Shown piece by piece: positions 50,101-64,000 of a DNA stretch of 64,000 nucleotides (position 1 is its first letter; each line of letters opens with the position of its first letter). The stretch is from Eimeria praecox (taxonomy: Eukaryota), in assembly GCA_963920595.1 (NCBI GenBank), contig OY986946.1:1922001-1986000 (forward strand), written 5' to 3'. The notes beneath the pieces were generated by a model. The model had not been told where the DNA came from. It worked only from the letters and a program-made list of their open reading frames with translations, and ran no database searches. Position numbers and translations under genes: made by a program.

Positions 50101-51282
50101 AGGGATGCCTGTGGGCGAGCCGACCACACATATCCGGCAAATATGTGTACGATAAGGCGATAGTAGCTCCACCAATGCTACGCCAGCAGTCTTGCCCCTA
50201 CCTGGAAACTGTGGAGGCTTTCGAATATGTGTTACGATACACATTGAGACCGACAATGGAGCCGGTCAGGTGTTCCAAAATCAAGAAAGCATACACAAGG
50301 GAGATAGCTGCGTCCGGAGGTATCGACCTTGCCGAGTACACCTGTTTGGGGACTGGCTGCTTCTCCTTTTTTTTCTCATGTTCGGGCTGGTTCCTGGAAA
50401 GACACTGTGCAACGGCAACGTAAATCGAAGCGCTAAGGAACGAGACTAAACCAGAAAAGTTGGTACTGACTCGTAAGTCTCCATTGAAGAAAAGCTAGCC
50501 CTTTCTGTTGGGCTGTGAATCCTAACCTAAGTCATAAAGGGACGAGAAGAGAGGACAGGCAACGACGGGGGGATGAATGAGCGGGAATGACAGGGCCACG
50601 CCTAGCAGGCCATCCGTTTTGCTTTGTCTCAAGGGCGTCAGGGAGCGTAGGCGAGTTGCCAGGGCACCGGAGCTGCAGAATTGTTCAAGGGTTTGAGCGG
50701 CGTGACCACGGAAGCCACAGCAGAATCATGCAAGCGTCCTGGGCCCGCGTACGGTGCGGAACGCTAGTGGAGCCACATGAGTCGGCAGCAGGTAGGCATG
50801 CCGGTGGCAACTCAGCGAGGTGGATCCACGTGGTCTCCAGAAGCCAGTATCCCTGCCGTACGGCTTGGTATTCGGCGAGACGCGTTCATAAGGCATCCTG
50901 AAGGCACTGGTCCGGTTTGTGGTTTGACAATTAAGTGTGAGCCTGCAGCTTTCAGAGTTCCCAGCAGTATATATATCCTCTGTGGCAAAGGGCGAGGAAT
51001 GAGCATTGCGAGAGAAAGCAGATTAGGCTCTAATTCAGCGCAGAGGCAATTCTGCATGAGAATGCATGCACGTCACCAGCCTGGTGCCGACACGATAACA
51101 TTTTTGGGATATTGCACGCAGCTGCCGCCTGCAGGGAAGAAGCGTTGGGCGCAGATGCAACGAGATAGCTCAAATGTGTTAAATCACAGGGAAGTTTTCG
51201 GTTACCGCGCACCCCCTGATAGCCCGACCTATCGTATCCAACTTGCTGGCGGTGCAACGCCAACATATACCGACTACTGCAG

Positions 51283-53914
51283 GAGACTCCCCTAAGTGGA
51301 CACACAATCGAGAGGCAAATATTTGAAATGCTAGAAATGCCGCCGTTAGCTTTGGAGTTTCAGCACAAGTCATTGCAAGCGAAGAAAAAAAACGGAAGGA
51401 CTAAGGCGCGTGAGTTTTCTGCTAGGAACTCAACGAAGACGTGCAGAAGCAAAAGCTGTCGATTCTTCCGATAAGCGAACAATTCCACCGGCTGCAGGGG
51501 CTAGCGGTCAATTCGTCATTTGAATATGCTGATCCTCCCTGCAGGTGCAGGTAAACCCAGACGACAGCAGCAAGATTGCCCCCAATTTGCGAAGTCAGAG
51601 TGTGCCTCCTTTAAAATCATTTTCAAAGACCAGCAACTAGCTAGTCGCGGTTACCTGGGCCGTCGAAAAGGGTTGAATGGCCTTATGGACGGGCACCGAG
51701 CTGGGGTTCGCCGGCAATGTTCAGTGCAAGCTGTAGCATCTGCGAAGCGCGATGCAGCTCCTACGTGAGGAGCAGTAGACATCAAAACCCGAAAGTGTTC
51801 AGTGTTGTTGCCAGCCGCTGACGCACAATAATGCACTGAAGTATGTCAAAGGCATCAGCAGCGTGGAATCTCGTGCATTTTCCGGACCTTCTACCGGTCA
51901 GGCACTGCGGCTTGGAATTCCTCTTTCGTTCTCTCATTGGTATTTGTTCTATACCTAGATGTTTCTTATTTTAGGATTCTTTCAGCTGCGATTTTCGCAA
52001 ACAAAAAACGACGACAGCAGATCAATGGTCAACTATGTGTACCCTACACCGGCGTTGCTTCCTACAGAAGCTCGGCAGAATCTGCGCCGTCTGTTTCAGC
52101 GTGGAATCAGCTAAGCACTGAGGCAGGTGGGCGGGTGCTAAGTTGTCGGATGGAGGCAAATATTGGACAAGAAAATATCCCCCATGGCTTGTCCTGTCTG
52201 AGGGAGGTGTATGTGCTCCCACTTTGATGCAAAATAGCCGCTTATAACGCAAGAAATGTTCACCACGTCTCTACTGTGTAACTGCGCTCATCAAAGAAAG
52301 GTTGGCATGCTCGCCTCCCGGATTATCATGATCGAGGGGCTGCAGCAGACTGTGCTGCGGCCGATGGACGCCCATCTGTTGCCCGCGCCAGGCCGCGCCT
52401 TGGTGTGTGTGCTGTAGTTCACAGGACGCCTGTAGGCTGAAAGGAACTCTCGCTGCATTTGCTCGAACCTCATCGTTGAGTGGAAAAGGCGCCACATCGG
52501 AACCCCAACCTCACAGCAGGCCGGCAGAATGTGCAACACTGATCAGCGGTGAGCATACTTCCAGTAAGAAGGCGAGACGAGCCTTAAATAGTTGCTTTAA
52601 AATCCGTATCGAAGCTTTCGCCCGCTTGCTCTTGCATTTATGCATATTAATCATCATTTGGAGTTTGCAATGTAGGTGAGCAGCGACTGAGCGCCCTGTC
52701 CGACTTGCATGGGTTGAGTGTCGGCAATGCAACGCTTTTCTTGGAAAATAACCATGAAAAGTGCCCCCGCAAGTTTCGATTGCCCACAGGTGCAGTGCAT
52801 TACAATGATCCCTATGTCTTATCTGAACGGCGTCGCGAGCTGCAGGTGAGCCAAAAATGTAATGAACAAGTACACAAGCTATCCTCCCCTGCAATTTCTA
52901 GGTACGATTAAGGCCGCTGCTCAATGGATTGAGCTCTCGGGAAACTGAAGGCCTCTTATGGGCGCCTCGCTGCAGCTATTGATGCAAAGCAAAGGCTATC
53001 TTGCATTAACACAGAGGGCCCTGAGTCTGAATGCAGCATAGCTCTTCATGTAGCCACAACCAATGTATCTTTTGCAGCATGCGCCGCCACTGCACGCTGT
53101 AGTGTCGACATTCTGTAAACACGTTCTTGGTTCTCCACAGTGAATCTGCGACCAAGTAGAGGTACGAGCACTAACATCACCCAGAGCATGCTACGATGGA
53201 AGGGCACTGCAGGACCATATTTGTCTTTGCAGGTGTCATTCTGTCTTTAGCTCTGCACCAGCGCAGATCTTCATGGCGCTGTGTAAATACCAGCACACTT
53301 GACGGACGTCAGTTGGTTGGTTGTGGGAATCCCCACCTCAATTATTTTGATTATCTTGCACCTTACATTGCGGTAAGATCGAAGAGGTAGTTGAGTTTAG
53401 TAACATCACATGATTCCATGTCAACATCGGGGTGGCCTATTGCATGAAACTGATTCATTATCATGATGCTAGAAAAGGGGACAGCTCCTCTCCCCATACT
53501 CTGCATACGTCTTTGTCAAAATTTTATCCCCTTCTCCGCTCGAATAGGCATTATTAATCAGGCTGTACGGTCCGAACCGTCGGCTTGGGCCTTCGTTTCT
53601 CTACAACGAACTCATCACCCTCAAGCCACCCAGCAGAGGAGGTTCTGCCTTAAAATAAACTTGTTTTGCAAAAGGTCCGTACATGACGGGGGCGAGAAGC
53701 GGTCACGCGGGTGTAGTGGTGGAATTTGTCGTTTGTATGGTGGTGTACCTCCGCCTTCAAAGTGCAGCCGAAGGGGTAGAGTTGCTAACATAATTTTTAA
53801 AATGAGTGGCAGAGTCATGATAATGGTGGGTGGATGCTGCTTACATGCTCCATTCGCACAGCCAGCTGTGTCATGACACCTCTACTGACCTAAAACAATC
53901 TGACAACTCTGCCG
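51283..53914 (+). CDS. Internal exons of a multi-exon hypothetical gene (both ends unresolved)
   Basis: Nine consecutive GT-AG exons stay open and in phase: 51283-51409, 51545-51764, 51975-52206, 52425-52548, 52676-52845, 53078-53114, 53233-53372, 53562-53674, 53862-53914. No domain recognised. Further exon-like segments near 55533-55681 and 57378-57822 may belong to it. Confidence 0.45.
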
Positions 53915-56900
53915 GTGAGCGCACCCAAGTAATGAAAGCTATCCAAAATGTTCTGTGATCTCCATACCTCCACAGCGCAACGTGGAGGTGCATACGGGGC
54001 ACTTTGGCTGTAGCAGCGCACGAAGAGCTGAGCAGCAAGAACCAATGAGAAGCCGCAAAACGAGCTCTCAGAAAGCCGGGGGGAATTAACGAGCGCAGCA
54101 TTTGCCCTTGTGCAAGGACGATTGGCACATAATTCCTACAGGTGGATGCAAGGGAAAAGTTAGGGGACTGGAGAAGCAAGCCTTTCAACTATGCAGTCAG
54201 CGCATCAAAGGAAAAAATCGATGGAGCGGCCTGGTAGCCACATGAAGTGCAGAGCAGTGATGAGGCAGCCGCACCAACAGATCCCCCCTGCGTCTAATGT
54301 GCTCTTATCGAAGTTTGTCCTTGCTGTCGGGATTTTCCAGTGGTGATTTGATGAGCACAGCAAACTGACTGTGACATTGGAAGCAAAGGCAAGGAGGTGC
54401 AGCATATCCTTGTCCGTTTGGGGGCAATGCCTGTGGCTAACGCCACGCGTGGCAAGCACTATGGAACCCGAGTCGACAAAACTGTGGCGTCTCTTGTGCC
54501 CTGAAACAATGCGAGGGCGCACCGCCCTGCATATGGATGGAGCCGTTACTTGGTAGTTTCCAAGCTTAAGTAGCATATTCACTGCTTGATAGCGTTCCTG
54601 CATTTGTTGGACATTTCCATGCACTAACGGAACTGACGAAATGCTGCGTTTTAAAGAGCACCCGCAAACTAGGTTTAGTTGCCTGCTGTTGCGGATCGGG
54701 AATGCACATTGTGTACTACAGAGACCGGCTGAACACGATTTCTTGGGCTTAAGCAGTGAGCGGTGGGTGCGTAGACGCGTGAAAGGTGTGTTTGTCTTTA
54801 AGGGAAGGGTTCAGGAGATTTGCAGCTTGCTGTATAATTCGTATGCAAGGCCCATTGATTGGTAACAGCACAGAAGTGTTCATTGCCCATGCAAATGCTT
54901 AGTTTCTTAGCGATTCTTGTCTCTTCGCCAGGACCCAAAGCTGAACACACAACGGGGCAAGCAGCGAAAAAGTTCCCCACGCGCTTAGCAGGACCTTTGG
55001 AGCTCCCTCTAAGGGGCTCGCCGCCAGGTTGCTGGCAGGTTTTGGCCTAAAATGGGAAGTACTCCACAGCGTTAGTTTGTACTTCCTCAAACGGTTGCAG
55101 AGACACCCATAATATCTTCGAGGTGCTCTACCAACAAGAGGACAGCCCCATTACTGCGAGAAAGCGGAACTGGTGAAGCCCCGGATGCTCCATCTCTCAG
55201 GTACATCTGCGGGCTTTTCTTGATACTCCGACATCTCCACCAAGAGTGAACAACAAGAATCCAGTCTGACTGGGGCTGCATGAAAAGTTTTGCGGACCGT
55301 GTTTTGGTCGGGGTAAGGGTAAGACGAGAAGAGCGCATCTCGTTCCTATGCTCGCCTTCTTTGGCGCTAGTTGCTTTTCAGAAGTGAGCTCCCACCCATC
55401 CCCTTGATGTAGCTGACAGCACACTCGTTCTGCGTGTATTTGGGAACTGGGCCCCCAATTGTCGCTGACCTTCACCTCCGTCGGAGCTCCCCACTGCCAA
55501 GAGTTTGTGCTCCTGGTCTATATTTTTGTTCAGATTTTGGTCCACCACAACACGTCTATGAACCGAAATGCACGGCAAAAGGTTTACTCAACAGCTGCAG
55601 TGCCAACGTTGCTAGATTATGCTGCAGCCACGAGCGGGCGGCAATGCCACCCAGTAGCATCTGGAGCACTTCCACATGCCGGTAGGTATCTTTAATATTT
55701 TGGCTTCCAGCCTGTCTTGGGGCCTTCAGCCGTTTGTAGTCACCATATATTTGGAGAAACAAACAACTATTCAACAGCTGTCCATGATGTTGGTGCGTGC
55801 ATCGAAGATGGGCTTTAATATGCCTAACTGAGAGATTGCCTTTGGGCAGGTGCTGCAACAAGCAATCTTACAACTCATGTAAGGCCCACCCCTCATCACA
55901 CCAGGTCCTACTCCTTCCCTCGCAGTGCGCTGAACACCTGTAGAATACAGGGAATTTCATTGGTAATTCAGGGGTTGTGAGAGAGAGTACCTTGGTTCTA
56001 GTGCAGTGTAGGATGGCCCTTGGATGAGGCGCAGGACACTCATTACACATAGTAGTGGTGGCTTGGGCCCATTTTTTAGTCCCTCAATAAGCACCACTGG
56101 CGTATGCTAACAGAACGCATATCCGGCAGAAGAAACACAAGTACAGCTCGCATTACAGGACTTGAACTGTGGCATATGCGACTTACAGGGCCCCTTAATG
56201 AGGCGTAGGTACAGCAGTTTTGGTGGTTGCATCCTTGCTTTTGCTGAAAGGAGACCGTGCATGGGCGTCTTCAGGCGGACTACCAAGCTAGCCTCAGCCA
56301 AAAGGCTCTTTCTGCGCACGTAATGGGGCTCCTAAACGGTTACGTTCTGGGATTCTTTCCATCCGAGCAACTGGCATCAGCCGGGGTGCGAGGGCAATAA
56401 CCAAAAGACAGCGGACGGCGTTTGCTGAGGAGGGAACCAGTGGTCAGCCTCCCCAGGCACAAACGTCTTCACAATTATTTTATTATGGGTAAAGTAGATT
56501 CCCGTAGTCACTAATTTAAGTGTAGCTTGCCCATAAAAAACTCAAGCGGCTGCATTATCGAGGGCTCATCCACTGAGTCCTCCGTATGGAGAGGAGGCGG
56601 CGCCAGATGATAACAGTGAAGACCTTTTTCGCACCTCGAAAGATTTCATTCAATTAGCCAGAGGAGTAAGCTCAGTGCAGATGCAGGGCACAGTGTGCCA
56701 CCATCCTCATGCTCACATCTACAATTGACTCGTGCTTCCCTGGCCACATTTTTACCGACGGGGAATTCGGATGGAACAACTTTACGATTCCTAGACATTA
56801 TCCGCGCTGCCTGAGGCAAGAAAGCACATCACCCTAATGAGTCTCGCGGGCCAAGCTCACACTATTCCTTGTTATCGTTAGATTTTAAGGTTAGCACATC

Positions 56901-59900
56901 GTGGGAGTTGACTTTGCCTCTTTGAAAGGCTCCGCCTGTTGCCTCCCAGCCGATAAACTGATTGAGCAGCGTATTGCATTTCGCATTTTTACTTCCACTT
57001 CTAGAGTATATCACTGAACGAGAAGGCTAGGAAGTCGCCTAGTCGGTGGGCAGGAGGGCAGATGACCCATCATGAACAAGGCGAAATCTAAATTTGAAGT
57101 TGAGTGCAAGGAGCCTGTCCACAGGATTGCAGTAGCCCGACTTCTGCGAGAAATGAAATGAGCCCAGAAAAAAAGTAGCCTTGACAAACTGAAGGGAAGG
57201 ACTTTTGTAGCTTTGGGCGACGGGTAAAAAGTGTTAACAAGACACAGATATTGAAATGGTGGAGAAAATGGTGAAAAGGATGCAAATGGGGTCTTCCACA
57301 TTACCTTTTCTAGCTCGGTGCAACTGAAGCTACAATTCTTTTGGGGGAAAGGTACAGAAGTTAAAACCCTTTAGCGCATGGAATCAAGGACAGTAAAAGG
57401 AAGCGATCGTATGGTTGACCTTGACACTACGGCTGCAAGGAGAGAAGCGAATGTGCTGGGAATCCACGATCCCTCAAATAAAGGTGCAATTTTACGTTCT
57501 TGCAACGCCTGCAAAATAGACAACATAAGTGAAACAGCACAGCATATTTATGAGCGTCACTGTACAAGAACTCGACCTTCTATGAAGCGAATGAACCTGG
57601 TAAGAGATCTTCCTCAGCAGGATTTCACGCCATAGAATTCACCATGCCTTCTGATCTTGGCGCACGGATAATCCATCGGATCTACGGGCGTGTCCAGTCT
57701 AAAAATGTATTATTAGGATACATAACTATCTTTGGGACAGCGGTTGACGCGGCTAGACACAATTTTGCAGTACAGTCAATGGAAGAATGCGTTCTGCTGA
57801 GATCAGGGTCATTAAAACAGGAAGTAGGAACTCTTGCAATATTTTTATGAACCTAAAAAATAGCAGATGATATCTGTATTTGCGTGGCGCGCCGAAGACC
57901 AGCCTGAGTTGCCCTAACTCCCGTAGATGTGAAAAGTCATTTAAAAGCTCTAGTCCTCATTTTTCGTGGACATTGCGACGTACTCTTACAAGTTGTTTCA
58001 TATGTGCTCCACTTTACTCATTCATCAAGCAGCTCCCCCGAAGAGAGCTCATGGGCTCCCTTGACCTAAACTCTGTGCATTGCACTGTTAGGGGGAACAG
58101 CACCAGAAGAAGCAAACGAGTTCTTTGTGTGTGTTAACAAGATCAGGCACCAAACGATCATCTGAAGTTCCTAAATACGCAAGCCTTAGGGTAGTGGCAA
58201 GCCTCCTCTTGCATCCTACACAAAAATTCTTGGTGGCCGACAGTCTATTGCCAAGCTGCGTTCTTTCCGCAAGGAGTAACCATCTCTCAGGGTTGTTGAT
58301 GTACCGAATATTAGTTTACGCCAACCTTGGGTCGCGGTTTCATATTATAAGGACAGTAAGGGCAGACATTTATGCTTCAGGAGTTGGGTCACTGCCTGTT
58401 CCTTAAACAAAGAGACCCACGTATTTCCTGAGGCAGCCAAGCAGCCGAAGACAGGCGCATGCCTATCTGCCTCCCCCAAGCGTAAAGCACAGTCACCAAC
58501 GTGACAGAAGCTGCCCGCTATGGCGCGCTAGCTTTTCGCCTTCCGCTGAGCATCCCCATACGCTAGACTGGCTATGCCGCACAATCCCAACGAGCAGAGT
58601 GCATGATCAGCCTTCACCAAGGTGTACTCCGTCAGCCCTTTGGCATACGGAGAGAAATAATTATGAGCCTCATTTTGCATTAACAAAGCCTTGGTAAAAC
58701 TGGTAGCAATGTGTTGCTCCCAATTATCACCTTAGGCCACATCTGTTACTGTCTACTGGGTTACACGGGCACTGACGCAGTCTGGATGAAATCATGACAG
58801 TCCTGCCTTTCTAATCATCAAGCGACCCTTCACCACTAGCCTTAGGTCTAGACTAAACTGAAGATGACGGAGTCATTTTAGATCTGTTTTATGTTTCCGG
58901 CACTTACTGCGGTGTGCCAGCGTTCTCACCGCCGCCACTACGTACAGGCATATGTGCCCTTCGGTTTAGTGTAAGATGAATAACGATAACTAGTTTGGCA
59001 TAATTTGCGTATAAAACACATTCCTGTCCCCTTATAGAGGAAAGCGAGATGAAGGGATCCTCTCCCTTGCTGACCCTCCATAGTGTGGGGTCAGTGCCTC
59101 GGCCTTCATACGCTGTCAGGCACTCCCAGCCAGTTAACCTTATATCGTGCCTAAGTGCCCGATTTAAAACTGATGTTACATCACACTGTGTGCCTTTCAC
59201 GGAACAGGCCGCTAGATGTCCATGGGAAATCCACTGCAGTGCCCGTGCACTACAAATACTCTGCGCATGGCTAACCCAGAAGCAGCCATATTCGGACAGA
59301 AGCCTTTCCAGCGCCTACGTAAGTCACCAACTACCTGCCTGCCCTCAATATTGAACAAAGTATCTTGACTCTTGTTCTCACGATAACATGATCAGCGTAC
59401 TTGCGTTTCCTCTTCACGGCAGGCATGTTGCAGGGCGCTAAGACTTTGCGGCAGCCGATGGCGCCGGCGCAGTGTTCATGCTTGATGTCCGCGATAAAAA
59501 GTGGAATAGGCTTCCCTCCCACATCCCACTAGGGCACAGCGCGTCTCAGTATAATGAGCTTTAATAGGGCTACAGAACTGGAGGCCGGCAGCGCACTTGT
59601 AAGCCGACATTCTGCATTGAAATCAACGAGGCCTGCGAAGCTTCCTTTGACGTGAGCGAAGAATGCTCTAGATCACTCCCCACATCTCAGTTATTTGGTT
59701 CAAGAGGCAGAGCTGCTGGTTAACGGCAAGGCTGTCCGCCTGCCTTGAGAGCCGAATTGAGCGAGGACAGGCTCCTGCGGAAAAGCCGCTACCGCTGCTT
59801 TCTCGCGATTTTGCACGTGCGATATCTTAGCCATTGCGGGGCTACCGTAGTTCTACGCTGTAGTATATTAGCCGCTCGTGAGTCTATACTGGACACGCAA

Positions 59901-60517
59901 TGCGGAAGAAGTGAATCAACACAAACTCTGTCTCTTAAGTAGGAATCAGTATTAATGTCTGGCATCGGATCGCCAGCAGTTGACACTCGGCAGACGCGGC
60001 TTTCGCCTGCGTCTTTTTTCCCATGCGGCCTAGTAGGCCAAAGTGAAATTTAGTGTGTAACTCTATACATCGTTGACTATAGGGGGTGCCTACCGGCTTA
60101 TGCTTCCTTCGTTTGCCCCCCCCTTGTCAAACCCTGTGAGCGGGTTTGGGGCCTTGGGGTGGCTTTGAATTCCCTGTGCCGTCTGCCTTCTGCCTTATTT
60201 CTGGGTATCTAGAACTGTTAACGCATTGTTGTGCTTGTTTTACATATATTTATATATATAATATAAAAGCAAAAGGGACCCTCAGCTGTTAGGTGTACTG
60301 TCGGTTGGCTGCATTTTCCTTGTGCAGCTAGCATGAGCATGCATCGATGTGCTCGTGCCCCCTTGTCGAGAAACAGAACACACAGGGGCGGGGGGGGGGG
60401 CGGGGGGGAATGTGCACTTGATAGGAATATTGACAATAGGGAAAGTCTAAGCTTGAGCTCATTGAAAACACTGGGAAAAATGCATGCGCTTAGCTCCCTC
60501 AATAGACGCACTTAACT

Positions 60518-64000
<3,483 letters not shown>

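Noticed and set aside
57378..57850. Two adjacent ORFs joinable through a GT-AG intron
   Set aside because: Neither upstream nor downstream exons could be resolved; mentioned only as a possible continuation of the 51-54 kb gene.

Overview
Eukaryotic, intron-rich DNA from a coccidian apicomplexan, most likely Eimeria or a close relative. The signature is CAG tracts, TGCATGCA arrays and interstitial TTTAGGG repeats, all concentrated in the last ~3.5 kb (a repeat-poor to repeat-rich transition). Gene models were built by hand from splice sites and reading-frame phase. They include three recognisable axonemal/flagellar genes: CFAP221/PCDP1-like, inner-arm dynein light chain p28/DNALI1-like, and the 3' part of IFT88. 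They also include a ~1,490-aa protein with a kinesin motor fold that has lost its P-loop and both switch motifs (candidate pseudokinesin), a signal-peptide protein with a C-terminal hydrophobic hairpin, an N-acylated hypothetical protein and a further multi-exon hypothetical gene. Two identical tRNA-Arg(CCG) genes lie 3,259 bp apart. Four introns appear to need GC donors. A ~15-kb gene-poor interval (about 30-45 kb) holds two decayed, convergent gag(-protease) retrotransposon relics, an A/T-run-rich core with a 237-bp tandem duplication, and a 72-bp near-perfect inverted repeat. No CRISPR, rRNA or prokaryotic features were seen. All family assignments come from remembered consensus sequences, not database searches.
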